DNA of 64,000 bases, from the NCBI GenBank assembly GCA_041391765.1, contig JAWKNJ010000028.1, positions 10,874 to 74,873 of the forward strand, written 5' to 3'. Of the stretch, positions 28,439-38,846 are shown in pieces. This stretch comes from Flavobacteriales bacterium. GTDB taxonomy: Bacteria; Bacteroidota; Bacteroidia; Flavobacteriales_G; Salibacteraceae. Made by a program: the position numbers and the translations under genes. The first letter of the stretch is position 1, and each line of letters starts with the position of its first letter. The notes under the pieces are model-generated. The model was not told where the DNA came from. It ran no database searches and saw nothing but the letters and a program-made list of their open reading frames with translations.

Positions 28439-31114
28439 ATGACAGAAACAGGACCGATTAGACTTAGTAAAGCAGCAAAGGAATTTAATGTTGGGCTGGC
28501 TACTATTGTTGATTTTCTTGCCAACAAGGGAATCAAGGTGGAGTCGAACCCAAACACCAAAATTGAGACGGACGCGTATCAATTGCTGGTTAATGAGTAC
28601 GCCCCTGATCGTGCCAAGAAGCAAAAATCTGAAGCTCTTTCTCAAACCAAAGTGGTGCATGAGACCATCACATTGGACAATCAAAGCCGCGAGAAGCAGA
28701 GTGCTGAAAGTGAACAGGAAGAGATTCTAATTAAGAATGTTGGAGGTTTTACTGAGCCAGAAGCTCCTAAACCAGAACCTGAAAAGGGACCAACGGTTGT
28801 TGGAAAAATTGATCTGGATTCTGTAAAGTCCAATCGACCTTCCAAGAAGGTTGAGGAGAAACCTGCCCCTGTTGTTAAAGAGGAGCCGAAAAAAGAAGAG
28901 TCAAAGAAAGAGGAAGCTAAAGTCGAGGCTGCAAAACCAGAGCCTGCAAAACCTGCAGAACCCGAGTTCTTAAAGGCTAAAGCAGAAAAGCTGGACGGAC
29001 CGAAATTGGTTGGAAAGATTGAATTGCCGACCCAACCTGAACGCACACGTGATTCCGATTCTGATGATAAAAAGAAGCGTAAGCGCAAGCGCATTACTCA
29101 AGTCATACCTGGCCAGGATAACCGTGGACAGGGCGGGGGACAAGGTCAAGGACAGGGAAATAGATTTGACAAAGGTAAAAAGGGACCTAAGCCTGCACCG
29201 AAGGTTGAATTGACGGAAGAGCAAATTCAGAATCAAGTTCGTGAAACCTTGGCTGCCCTCAAGAATAAGGGAAAGTCAACTCGATCAAAGTATCGAAGAG
29301 AAAGACGAGACGCTGTTAGTGAAAAAATGCAGCGTGAAGTTGAGCAACAAGAGGAAGAAAGCAAGACACTGAAGTTGACGGAGTTCGTAACCGTAAGTGA
29401 ACTTGCGACTATGATGAATGTCTCTCCAACGGAAGTCATTTCTACATGTATGTCCATCGGGATGATGGTGTCTATTAATCAACGATTGGATTCAGAAACA
29501 TTGACACTTTTAGCAGAAGAGTATGGTTATACTGTTGAGTTCGTTGGTGCAGATATCGAGGAGAGTATTCAAGATGAGGAGGACGATGAATCAACGCTGG
29601 TTGAGCGTCCACCGATTGTCACTGTGATGGGTCACGTTGACCACGGTAAAACATCTTTACTTGACTATATCAGAAGAGAAAATGTGATTGCAGGTGAAGC
29701 CGGGGGTATCACTCAGCATATTGGTGCTTATAGCGTGGAGCTGGAAAATGGGAAGGTGATTACTTTCCTGGATACACCGGGACATGAAGCTTTTACTGCG
29801 ATGCGTGCTCGAGGCGCGCAGGTTACTGACATAGCGATTATTGTAGTCGCAGCGGATGACGCGGTAATGCCGCAAACAGTTGAAGCCATCAACCATGCTC
29901 AAGCGGCTGGTGTTCCTATGATTTTCGCATTCAATAAGATCGATAAAGATGGAGCTAATGCGGATAAGATTCGCGAGCAATTAGCTAACATGAACATACT
30001 GGTTGAAGATTGGGGAGGTAAGTATCAGTGTCAGGAGATTTCGGCCAAGTCAGGTTTGAATGTGAATGAGTTATTGGACAAAGTGTTGCTCGAATCAGAG
30101 CTGTTAGAACTTAAGGCCAATCCTGACAGAAATGCTCGAGGAACTGTAATCGAAGCGAGTCTTGACAAGGGTCGCGGTTACACGGCTACCATGTTGGTTC
30201 AAACAGGAACAATGCGCGTTGGTGATATGATCCTTTCAGGAAGTCACTTCGGGCGTGTCAAGGCTATGTTCAATGAACGTGGTTTACCTGTGAAAGAGGC
30301 AGGTCCATCGCATCCCGTAAGTATACTTGGCTTGAATGGTGCTCCCAGTGCCGGTGATCCATTCCAGATCATGGATGACGAGCGCGAAATGAAGAACGTG
30401 GCTCTTCGAAGAGAGCAGCTACAGCGTGAACAAAGCATTAGAACTCAGCGAAGAAGAACACTTGAAGATATTGGTGAGATCATCCAGATCGGAGATTACC
30501 AGGAATTGAACCTTATCGTTAAAGGTGACGTGGATGGCTCTGTGGAGGCGCTTGCTGACAGCTTGTTAAAGCTTTCAACGGAGAATATTGCGATTAACGT
30601 CATTCATAAATCTGTAGGTCAGATTTCTGAATCTGATGTATTGCTCGCGACCGCTTCTGACGCTATTATCATTGGATTCCAGGTCCGACCCTCAGCACAA
30701 GCGAGAAAGCGTGCAGAATACGAAGGCATTGAAATTCGACTTTACTCCATCATCTATGACGCTATCAATGAAATGAAGGCGGCTATGGAGGGTATGTTGA
30801 AGCCGAAGATCGAAGAGCAGGTAGTTTGCAACATAGAGGTTCGTGAAACATTCAAAATCAGCAAGGTTGGAACCATTGCCGGTTGTTATGTTCTTGACGG
30901 TACTGTTAGTCGAAACACCAAGGTTCGCCTTATCCGCGATGGTATCGTGATTTACTCAGGAGCACTTGGCTCATTGAAGCGCTTCAAAGATGATGTCAAG
31001 GAAGTCAAAGCAGGCTTTGAATGTGGTCTAAATATTGACAACTTCAACGATATTAAAGTCGGTGACATCATCGAGGGATACGAAGAAGTTGAGGTGGCTC
31101 GAAAGCTTGAGTAA
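28439..31114 (+). CDS. infB: Translation initiation factor IF-2
   Basis: GTPase motifs [20 protein letters not shown] and NKIDK. The K/E/P-rich low-complexity N-terminal region is typical of IF-2. Confidence 0.97.
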   Translation: MTETGPIRLSKAAKEFNVGLATIVDFLANKGIKVESNPNTKIETDAYQLLVNEYAPDRAKKQKSEALSQTKVVHETITLDNQSREKQSAESEQEEILIKNVGGFTEPEAPKPEPEKGPTVVGKIDLDSVKSNRPSKKVEEKPAPVVKEEPKKEESKKEEAKVEAAKPEPAKPAEPEFLKAKAEKLDGPKLVGKIELPTQPERTRDSDSDDKKKRKRKRITQVIPGQDNRGQGGGQGQGQGNRFDKGKKGPKPAPKVELTEEQIQNQVRETLAALKNKGKSTRSKYRRERRDAVSEKMQREVEQQEEESKTLKLTEFVTVSELATMMNVSPTEVISTCMSIGMMVSINQRLDSETLTLLAEEYGYTVEFVGADIEESIQDEEDDESTLVERPPIVTVMGHVDHGKTSLLDYIRRENVIAGEAGGITQHIGAYSVELENGKVITFLDTPGHEAFTAMRARGAQVTDIAIIVVAADDAVMPQTVEAINHAQAAGVPMIFAFNKIDKDGANADKIREQLANMNILVEDWGGKYQCQEISAKSGLNVNELLDKVLLESELLELKANPDRNARGTVIEASLDKGRGYTATMLVQTGTMRVGDMILSGSHFGRVKAMFNERGLPVKEAGPSHPVSILGLNGAPSAGDPFQIMDDEREMKNVALRREQLQREQSIRTQRRRTLEDIGEIIQIGDYQELNLIVKGDVDGSVEALADSLLKLSTENIAINVIHKSVGQISESDVLLATASDAIIIGFQVRPSAQARKRAEYEGIEIRLYSIIYDAINEMKAAMEGMLKPKIEEQVVCNIEVRETFKISKVGTIAGCYVLDGTVSRNTKVRLIRDGIVIYSGALGSLKRFKDDVKEVKAGFECGLNIDNFNDIKVGDIIEGYEEVEVARKLE

Positions 31115-31573
31115 TTAATACTCCACTTTTATTTCATCCTTGATAATGAACGAAGCCGGATATTTTATCCGAATAGTTTCATGAAATTCCAAGGCTTCAA
31201 GTCTGGTTCGAAAATCTCCGACACGCAGCACCCAGTTTGGGTAACTCCAAAGCGTGTAGGAGCTGGATTTGTCATACAGTTGAAGAAAATCGGATTGCTT
31301 TTTAAAGGCTAACTCGCGGGCATTCGGTCCTGATGCAGAGAAGATTTGTATTCTGAACCCTTCCACTTTCATCGACTTTCTGTCCAGAGAGTCCATTAGT
31401 GCGATGTAGTTTTTCATCTCAGCGGACATTGCATACTCAACATGGCTCGTGATCTTATCTACCATCTCCGTTTCATATGATGTTTGGTTGAGTTGAGATG
31501 ACTGATCAACCTGAGCAATGCTCGAATCTAAAATTAGGAAAAGCGCCATACTGGCGAATGTCAACTTCATCAT
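31115..31573 (-). CDS. SPOR-domain protein
   Basis: Signal peptide and a C-terminal EGFRIQIFSASGPNARELAF...WVLRVGDFRTRLEALEF SPOR-like fold. Confidence 0.75.
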   Translation of the reverse strand: MMKLTFASMALFLILDSSIAQVDQSSQLNQTSYETEMVDKITSHVEYAMSAEMKNYIALMDSLDRKSMKVEGFRIQIFSASGPNARELAFKKQSDFLQLYDKSSSYTLWSYPNWVLRVGDFRTRLEALEFHETIRIKYPASFIIKDEIKVEY

Positions 31574-31738
31574 CCTGCGAAGCTACTAGCGTTCACCATC
31601 TTAGGATTTTGACGCGCCAGTCTCATAATCGTAAGTGTCAATAAAACAACGTATTATAGTTCTTATTTAGAACCTCTTTAAATTAATAGAGCGTAGTCCA
31701 TTTTTAAAGAAATGTTAACCGCCCTATTGCCTTTCTTC

Positions 31739-31746
31739 TAAATTTG
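31739..31746 (+). promoter_or_regulatory. -7 promoter box TAAATTTG upstream of the ACIII operon
   Basis: Matches TAnnTTTG, 46 nt before the actA ATG. Confidence 0.4.
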
Positions 31747-31792
31747 CCACCGCTTTCTGACCACCCTTTTACAACGAAAACTGAAAGAATCT

Positions 31793-33058
31793 ATGCGAAA
31801 TACGTGGGTGAGCCTAACCGGCAGAATGTTGCTCTCAGCAGGCATTTTGTCTCTGCTCCTAATGTCATCGCCAGTCAGCGCCCAAGATGGTGAGGCGCTT
31901 TTTAAAGCCAACTGTACTGCATGTCACAAGATTGACAAAAAAATGATCGGACCCGCGCTGAAAGGCGCGCGAACCAAGTGGGCTGAAAGAACTGGTGGTG
32001 ATGAATCGATCATTTCATGGGTCAAGAACTCTCAGGGATACATCAAATCATCAGGCGATTCTTATGCAAAGAATTTATTCGCTGAATTCAACAACAGCGT
32101 AATGACTCCAATGGCCTTGTCGGATGATGAGGTATTGGCAGTTCTAGACTACGTAGACAATTATGTAGAACCTGTTGCTACAGGTGGTGGAGAAGTTACC
32201 TCAGGTGGAGAAGTGGTTACCGAGTCTGCTGATCCAACCCTATGGTTGATCCTGATCGTTGTTATCCTGTTTGTCGTCTTCCGTGTTCTGTGGGGTGTTT
32301 CGAAAAACCTTGAGAGCCTTAACCGTCAAAAAGATGGGGATGCTGCTGCGGAGGAAGTTGACTTCATTGGTTATTTGGTTAATTACTTTAAGAAGAATCA
32401 AGCATTGACAGTTATCGTCATTGTTGTTATCGCGGCATACATCACGGTTCTGGGCTGGGACTGGTTAAATGGAGTAGGTGTTTATCAAAGCTATCAGCCA
32501 AAGCAACCAATCTGGTTCTCACACAAAATTCACGCTGGGCAGAACGGCATTAACTGTGTTTATTGCCACAACTCTGCAGAGAAAGGTAAAGCAGCAGGCA
32601 TTCCATCTGTGAATATCTGTATGAACTGTCACATGGGTGTTCCTGAAGGTAAACAAACTGGAACCAAAGAGATCGCTAAAATTTACGATGCCATTGGATG
32701 GGATCCTGACAAGCTTCAGTACATCGAAGGATACGAGCAGAAACCAATCGAATGGGTAAGAATCCACAACCTTCAAGACTTTGTTTACTTTAACCACAGC
32801 CAGCACGTTGTTGTTGGTAAGCAGGAGTGTCAGACTTGTCACGGTCCAATCGAGGAGATGGATGAGGTTTACCAATATTCGGAATTGACCATGGGATGGT
32901 GTATTAACTGTCACCGCGAAACAGATGTTACCATGGAAGGTAACGGCTACTACGAGCGTATTCATGACGATCTAGTTGAGAAGCATAAGGAAGAAGGGCT
33001 TGAGTCCTTTAAAGTGGAGCACATCGGTGGTCTTGAATGCGTTAAGTGTCACTATTAA
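31793..33058 (+). CDS. actA: Alternative complex III subunit ActA, multihaem cytochrome c with six CxxCH motifs
   Basis: CTACH, CVYCH, CMNCH, CQTCH, CINCH and CVKCH. The first motif lies in an N-terminal monohaem-like domain, separated from the pentahaem part by hydrophobic segments. Confidence 0.9.
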   Translation: MRNTWVSLTGRMLLSAGILSLLLMSSPVSAQDGEALFKANCTACHKIDKKMIGPALKGARTKWAERTGGDESIISWVKNSQGYIKSSGDSYAKNLFAEFNNSVMTPMALSDDEVLAVLDYVDNYVEPVATGGGEVTSGGEVVTESADPTLWLILIVVILFVVFRVLWGVSKNLESLNRQKDGDAAAEEVDFIGYLVNYFKKNQALTVIVIVVIAAYITVLGWDWLNGVGVYQSYQPKQPIWFSHKIHAGQNGINCVYCHNSAEKGKAAGIPSVNICMNCHMGVPEGKQTGTKEIAKIYDAIGWDPDKLQYIEGYEQKPIEWVRIHNLQDFVYFNHSQHVVVGKQECQTCHGPIEEMDEVYQYSELTMGWCINCHRETDVTMEGNGYYERIHDDLVEKHKEEGLESFKVEHIGGLECVKCHY

Positions 33059-33076
33059 TTGAACTGATTGAGCACT

Positions 33077-36000
33077 ATGAGTAACAATAAAATATATTGG
33101 AGAGGAACAGAAGAGCTTGAAAAGGATGCGGCATTCGTAAAGAATTCCCAGCGCGAGTTCTCTGAGGAATTGCCAATCGATCAGTTTTTGGGCAAAAAGG
33201 AACTCGACTCTACCAATACCAGTAGAAGAGATTTCTTGAAGTTCATGGGATTTGGAATCACTGCGGCTACATTGGCTGCCTGTGAGACTCCGGTCGTTAA
33301 GAGCTTGCCGTACGTAGTGAAGCCAAATGAAGTGATGCCCGGTATCGCTAACTATTATGCTTCTACCTACTTCGATGGATTCGATTATGCGAGCATCTTG
33401 GTTAAGACGCGTGAAGGTCGCCCAATCCATATCGAAGGAAACAAACTTTCTTCTGTTACAAAAGGTGGTGTAAGTGCACGTGTTAATTCATCTGTTCTCT
33501 CACTATATGATACCAAACGCTACCAAAATCCAATGAAGGATGGCGCGGCAACTGATTGGGCTACTGCTGATTCTGAAATCAAATCGGCTCTTGAGTCTGC
33601 GAGAATGAGTGGAGGTAATGTTCGCATTCTTTCTTCCACCATGATTAGTCCTTCATCGCTTGCTTTGATCAGTGAGATGAAAGCTTGGGTTGAGGGTGGA
33701 GAAGCTGGAGCTACGTTGAACCACGTCATGTATGATGCGGTTTCTGCTTCAGGTATGTTGGAAGCCAACAAGAGAACTCACGGTAAGGCGGTTATTCCTT
33801 CTTATCGATTTGATATGGCGAAAGCGGTGGTGAGCATCAATGCCGATTTCTTGATCAACTGGATCAACCCGCTTGATTTCGCTAGTGGTTACGGCAAAAT
33901 GAGAAACCCTGAAACGGGAATGAGCCGTCACTATCAATTTGAATCTACTTTAACAACTACTGGTTCTAACGCGGATGTTCGTGGCGCAATCAAGCCATCT
34001 GAGCAAGGCGCTGTTGCCGTTATGTTATATAATGCCATTGCATCAATGATCGGTGGTTCATCTGTTGGAAGCGCAAGTCTGGTAAATGATGACAACAATG
34101 TAGCTTCTAAAGTTAGTGAAGCTGCCAAAGATCTTTGGGCAAACAAAGGCAAAGCGATTGTGGTTTGCGGATCAAACGATCCGAATGTTCAGGTTGTTGT
34201 AAATGGCATCAACGAGATGTTGGGTAGCTATGGCTCCACCATCGACATGAACAAGACCATCAATTTGAGAAAAGGAAGTGATGCGGCTGTTGCCACCTTG
34301 ATCGGTGAAATGAACAGCGGATCAGTTTCTACGCTGATGGTGATGGACTGTGATCCAGCTTATACGATGCCAGCTTCTTGGGGCTTTGCGGATGCGCTTG
34401 CTAACGTTACTAATAGAGTGTCATTTGCTGAGAAGCCTGACATGACATCTGCGCTTTGCAACTATGTATTGCCAGTTGGACACTACCTAGAGCAATGGAA
34501 TGATGCAAACGCTGAGGGAGATGAGGTAACATTTACCCAGCCTGCTATCAATAAGATTTACAACACGCGTCAGTGGCAAGACTCATTCATGGCTTGGATG
34601 GGTAAGAATGGTTCTTACGATGACTATATGAAGTCAAGGTGGAATGGTGCTGCGACTATGGCTGAAGACCCATCGGTGATTTTCGCAAGTAGATGGAATA
34701 AATACATTCATGATGGAGTTGGCTCAATTGCCGCTGTTATGGCTGCCGCTCCAGCTGAAAGCGCAGCCGCTCCGGCACCAGTTGCGCCTGCTGATCAAGC
34801 TTCTGAAATGACTTCTTCGCCTGTAGCTTCTGCAGCCTCTGCAATCGCTGGAGCTTCTGAAGGATGGGAAGTTGATTTCTACGTGAAGACCGGAATCGGA
34901 ACAGGTATCAATGGAGATAATCCTTGGTTACAAGAACTTCCCGATCCTGTTACTAAAGTTGTTTGGGATCACTACGCTACTATGAACCCAAAGGACATGG
35001 AGGCAGAAGGTTTGAACACCATGATGGGTGAGCAGCAGAAAGCCGGAATGATCCGCGTGAATGTTGGAGATCAGTCTATGGAACTTCCAGTTGTTGCGCT
35101 TCCAGGTCAAAAGAGAGGGACAATTGGTGTTGCTCTTGGATATGGTAAGGCTAAGGTTACCGAAGAAGGAGTGGAGAGAACGATTGGCTCTAACGCATTT
35201 GCAGTTCTTCCGGTAGTAAACGGATATGTTCAGTACAGCGCGCCATGTACATATGATAAATTGGAGATGCGATACAATCTTGCATCTACTCAAAGTTCTC
35301 ACACCATGATGGGTCGTAAGATCCTCAACGAAACGAGCTTGGATACGTTCAAGTCTGGTGGTAAGGATGTTTGGAACCCGGTCATCACAATTGCTGACTC
35401 ATATGGAAAGCAGCGTGTTGTTGAAGATCTTGACCTTTGGAATGAGCACGCAATTGATTTGGGTCACCGTTGGGGACTTTCAATAGACTTGAACACTTGT
35501 ATCGGTTGTGGTGCTTGTGTTACAGCTTGTCACTCTGAAAACAATGTTCCAATTGTTGGTAAGGATGAAGTGAATCGTATGCGTACCATGAGTTGGCTGC
35601 GAATCGACAGATACTACAGTAGCGATGCTGATCCAGAACTTCACGGAGACATCAATCAGGCAAAGGATTACCACGCGATGGAAGTTCCATCTGAGTATCC
35701 TGAAGTTGGTTTCATGCCTGTTATGTGCCAGCATTGTAATCACGCTCCATGTGAAACTGTTTGTCCTGTTGCTGCAACTACGCACAGCGATGAAGGTTTC
35801 AACCAAATGGCTTACAACCGTTGCATCGGTACGCGTTATTGTGCTAACAACTGTCCTTACAAGGTTCGTAGATTTAATTGGTTCAACTACGTTGCTGATC
35901 CTAAGTTCACCAACTTGAACCCTGCACAGGATGACTTGGCAAGAATGGTATTGAATCCTGATGTTGTTGTTCGTTCACGAGGTGTAATGGAGAAGTGTAG

Positions 36001-36274
36001 CATGTGTGTTCAGCGCGTTCAGGCTGGTAAGTTGGCGGCTAAGAAAGCCGGAGAGCCAGTTGCTGATGGTGCCATTCAAACAGCCTGCGCGGCCTCCTGT
36101 CCTACAAATGCGATCACATTTGGTGATATCAACGATAAAGGATCGAAAGTGAGAAACGATGCTCAGAATGATAGAGCATATCACTTGCTTGAAGAGGTTG
36201 GTGTTAAGCCAAATGTTTGGTATCAAACTAAGGTTAGAAATTCAATAGAAACTGCAGCAGAACAAACTGCTTGA
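33077..36274 (+). CDS. actB: ACIII subunit ActB (molybdopterin-oxidoreductase-like domain fused to a 4Fe-4S ferredoxin domain)
   Basis: Twin-arginine signal RRDFLKFMGFGITAATLAAC. Fe-S cluster motifs CIGCGACVTACHSENN, CQHCNHAPCETVCP and CIGTRYCANNCPYKVRRFN. ATG at 33077 is preferred over the TTG at 33068. Confidence 0.93.
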   Translation: MSNNKIYWRGTEELEKDAAFVKNSQREFSEELPIDQFLGKKELDSTNTSRRDFLKFMGFGITAATLAACETPVVKSLPYVVKPNEVMPGIANYYASTYFDGFDYASILVKTREGRPIHIEGNKLSSVTKGGVSARVNSSVLSLYDTKRYQNPMKDGAATDWATADSEIKSALESARMSGGNVRILSSTMISPSSLALISEMKAWVEGGEAGATLNHVMYDAVSASGMLEANKRTHGKAVIPSYRFDMAKAVVSINADFLINWINPLDFASGYGKMRNPETGMSRHYQFESTLTTTGSNADVRGAIKPSEQGAVAVMLYNAIASMIGGSSVGSASLVNDDNNVASKVSEAAKDLWANKGKAIVVCGSNDPNVQVVVNGINEMLGSYGSTIDMNKTINLRKGSDAAVATLIGEMNSGSVSTLMVMDCDPAYTMPASWGFADALANVTNRVSFAEKPDMTSALCNYVLPVGHYLEQWNDANAEGDEVTFTQPAINKIYNTRQWQDSFMAWMGKNGSYDDYMKSRWNGAATMAEDPSVIFASRWNKYIHDGVGSIAAVMAAAPAESAAAPAPVAPADQASEMTSSPVASAASAIAGASEGWEVDFYVKTGIGTGINGDNPWLQELPDPVTKVVWDHYATMNPKDMEAEGLNTMMGEQQKAGMIRVNVGDQSMELPVVALPGQKRGTIGVALGYGKAKVTEEGVERTIGSNAFAVLPVVNGYVQYSAPCTYDKLEMRYNLASTQSSHTMMGRKILNETSLDTFKSGGKDVWNPVITIADSYGKQRVVEDLDLWNEHAIDLGHRWGLSIDLNTCIGCGACVTACHSENNVPIVGKDEVNRMRTMSWLRIDRYYSSDADPELHGDINQAKDYHAMEVPSEYPEVGFMPVMCQHCNHAPCETVCPVAATTHSDEGFNQMAYNRCIGTRYCANNCPYKVRRFNWFNYVADPKFTNLNPAQDDLARMVLNPDVVVRSRGVMEKCSMCVQRVQAGKLAAKKAGEPVADGAIQTACAASCPTNAITFGDINDKGSKVRNDAQNDRAYHLLEEVGVKPNVWYQTKVRNSIETAAEQTA

Positions 36275-36297
36275 TCATAAAGAATTAGAGAGTTCAC

Positions 36298-37677
36298 ATG
36301 CATAAAGAATCGGCCATAAGAGAACCACTCATCCTCGGTGATAAGACGTATCACCAGATTACAGAGGATGTATGTGCTCCTGTAGAAGGAAAAGCCAATA
36401 AGTACTGGTACACAGTATTCAGCATCGCGGTGATGGTATCACTTTGGGGTGTTGGATGTATCCTTTACACCATTGGAAGAGGTATTGGTGTTTGGGGGTT
36501 GAACACCACTGTTGATTGGGCCTGGGACATCACCAACTTCGTTTGGTGGGTCGGTATTGGTCACGCGGGAACTCTGATATCTGCGGTACTTCTTTTGTTC
36601 CGTCAGAAGTGGAGAATGGCGATCAATCGCTCTGCAGAGGCGATGACAATCTTCGCGGTAATGATGGCAGCCTTATTCCCTGGAATTCACATGGGACGTA
36701 TCTGGATGGCATATTGGGTGTTCCCAATTCCAAACCAATTCGGATCGCTTTGGGTGAACTTTAATAGTCCGCTACTTTGGGACGTGTTCGCGATCTCAAC
36801 TTATTTCTCTGTATCGCTTGTGTTCTGGTACATCGGACTTATTCCTGATTTTGCCACAATCCGTGACCGTGCTGTCAAGCCGGTTTCTAAGATGGCGTAT
36901 AGCATCTTAAGCTTCGGATGGACTGGAAACGCGAAGGCCTGGATTCGTTTTGAAGAGGTTTCATTGGTTTTGGCTGGTTTGGCAACACCTCTTGTATTCT
37001 CAGTTCACTCAATCGTATCTATGGACTTTGCCACATCAGTGATTCCAGGTTGGCATACAACAATTTTCCCACCATACTTCGTGGCTGGTGCGATCTTCTC
37101 AGGATTCGCGATGGTGCAAACGCTTTTGTTGATCGCAAGAAAGGTGTTGAGCCTTGAATCCTACATTACGGTGAAGCACGTTGAGTACATGAACATTGTA
37201 ATTGTAATTACAGGTTCTATGGTCGGAACGGCCTACTTATCTGAATTATTCATCTCTTGGTATTCAGGAGTAGAATATGAAGGATATGCTTTCATGAACA
37301 GAGCAACCGGACCATACTGGTGGGCTTACTGGAGCATGATGACATGTAACGTGATCACCCCGCAGCTGTTTTGGTTCAAGGGTATCCGCAGAAGTTTGAT
37401 CGCTTCTTTCATCCTTTCAATCTTCGTAAACATTGGTATGTGGTTCGAGCGATTCGTGATCATCGTTACCTCACTACACAGAGACTTTTTACCATCAAAC
37501 TGGGGTATGTTCCACCCAACATTCGTTGATATCGGAATCTTCCTTGGTACGATTGGAATCTTCTTTACACTTTTCTTGTTGTTCAGCCGATTCTTCCCAG
37601 TTTTAGCGTTGAACGAATTGAAGAGTATTTTAAAATCTTCAGGTGATAACTATAAAAAGCAGCACCACAATGAGTAA
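36298..37677 (+). CDS. actC: ACIII subunit ActC (NrfD/PsrC-like quinol-interacting membrane subunit)
   Basis: 459-aa polytopic membrane protein in the canonical position after actB. Confidence 0.9.
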   Translation: MHKESAIREPLILGDKTYHQITEDVCAPVEGKANKYWYTVFSIAVMVSLWGVGCILYTIGRGIGVWGLNTTVDWAWDITNFVWWVGIGHAGTLISAVLLLFRQKWRMAINRSAEAMTIFAVMMAALFPGIHMGRIWMAYWVFPIPNQFGSLWVNFNSPLLWDVFAISTYFSVSLVFWYIGLIPDFATIRDRAVKPVSKMAYSILSFGWTGNAKAWIRFEEVSLVLAGLATPLVFSVHSIVSMDFATSVIPGWHTTIFPPYFVAGAIFSGFAMVQTLLLIARKVLSLESYITVKHVEYMNIVIVITGSMVGTAYLSELFISWYSGVEYEGYAFMNRATGPYWWAYWSMMTCNVITPQLFWFKGIRRSLIASFILSIFVNIGMWFERFVIIVTSLHRDFLPSNWGMFHPTFVDIGIFLGTIGIFFTLFLLFSRFFPVLALNELKSILKSSGDNYKKQHHNE

Positions 37678-38194
37678 GGCGATATACGCATTATACAATG
37701 ACGATGAGGTGATGGTAAATGGTGCTAAAGCCATTCTTGCCAAGAACATTCGTATTAAGGATGTTTATTCACCTTTCCCAATCCACGGACTAGAAGTGGT
37801 GTTGGGTATAAAGTGGACACGGTTGGCCATCAACGCCTTCATTTATGGACTCACTGCTACAACGCTTGCTTTGTTAGGTATGTGGTTTTTTATGATCGAT
37901 GATTGGGCCATGAACATTGGTGGTAAGCCTAGTTTCCATTTATATGAGAACTTACCTGCATTCATTCCAATCACATTTGAGTTCACGGTTTTGTGCGCAG
38001 CTCATGGCATGGCGATTACTTATTTGATCAGAAACAGGACACTTCCAGGTGTAAAGGCAAGAAACCCACACCCTAGAACAACAGATGATCATTTCGCTAT
38101 TGAGATTGATCGTCATGAGAATGAAGGTATTTCTGATGATGACATCAAAGCCATTCTTCAGGCAACAAATCCGGTTGAAATTTTTGAGAAGTAA
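37670..38194 (+). CDS. actD: ACIII subunit ActD (DUF3341)
   Basis: MSKAIYALYNDDEVMVNGAKAI followed by two transmembrane segments. The start overlaps the actC stop. Confidence 0.85.
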   Translation: MSKAIYALYNDDEVMVNGAKAILAKNIRIKDVYSPFPIHGLEVVLGIKWTRLAINAFIYGLTATTLALLGMWFFMIDDWAMNIGGKPSFHLYENLPAFIPITFEFTVLCAAHGMAITYLIRNRTLPGVKARNPHPRTTDDHFAIEIDRHENEGISDDDIKAILQATNPVEIFEK

Positions 38195-38832
38195 TGATGA
38201 AGATCAAAAGCATAGAAACGGTTTCGAAAGTACTGGCGGTTTCCGCTATTGCTTTCATGACTAGCTGCAGTCCTGATCCTCAAAGTCCAGGTGTTGAGTA
38301 CATGCCTGACATGTACAGAACTCCGGCTTTGGAGCCATACTCAGGAAACAGTAATTATCCTGATAGCATGGAGGCGCGAGTTCCTGCTGAGGGTAGTATT
38401 CCGCGAGGCTATTTACCGTACGGAATTCCAAATTCAAACGAAGGATACGAGATGGCCGGTCAACTTTTGAAAAATCCACTGCCAAAATCAGAGGCTGTAT
38501 TGGCTGATGGCAAGGTGATTTATTCTAAGTATTGCCAGCATTGTCATGGTAAAGATGGAGCAGGTGATGGACCTACAGTTACTGCTGGTCATCCACCTCC
38601 CCCAGCCTATAACAGTGCTGCATTGAAGACACTTCCTGAAGGAAAGATGTTTCACACGATTACTTACGGAAAGAACTTAATGGGGTCGCATGCTTCTCAA
38701 TTGAACGCTGAAGAGCGTTGGAAAGTGATCCGATACGTGCAAACACTTCAAGGTCCTGCAGAAGAAGCTGAAGCTCCCACAGAGTCGGCTGAAGCTGCAG
38801 CAAGCACTGATGAAACAGCAATGAATAACTAA
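38194..38832 (+). CDS. actE: ACIII subunit ActE, monohaem cytochrome c lipoprotein
   Basis: Lipobox FMTSC, a single CQHCH haem motif, and a TAATG overlap with actD. Confidence 0.88.
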   Translation: MMKIKSIETVSKVLAVSAIAFMTSCSPDPQSPGVEYMPDMYRTPALEPYSGNSNYPDSMEARVPAEGSIPRGYLPYGIPNSNEGYEMAGQLLKNPLPKSEAVLADGKVIYSKYCQHCHGKDGAGDGPTVTAGHPPPPAYNSAALKTLPEGKMFHTITYGKNLMGSHASQLNAEERWKVIRYVQTLQGPAEEAEAPTESAEAAASTDETAMNN

Positions 38833-38846
38833 ACCAGAGCCCGAAC

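Noticed and set aside
28681-29094. 137-aa antisense ORF inside infB, plus neighbouring 88-, 74- and 65-aa antisense ORFs
   Set aside because: It lies opposite the K/E/P-rich low-complexity part of IF-2. The Ser/Phe/Gly-rich translation is a mirror-image artefact of the purine-rich coding strand, and there is no start context or promoter.
28780-29200. Short repeated DNA motifs (CCTGCAAAACC, GGACAAGG repeats) that might suggest a repeat array
   Set aside because: They are in-frame codon repeats encoding the KPEPAKP and GQGQG low-complexity parts of IF-2. They lack regular spacing and unique spacers, so this is not a CRISPR or intergenic repeat array.
32519-33430. 148-aa and 152-aa minus-strand ORFs across actA and the actA/actB junction
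   Set aside because: They are fully embedded antisense to strongly supported haem and Fe-S protein genes and have no recognisable motifs.
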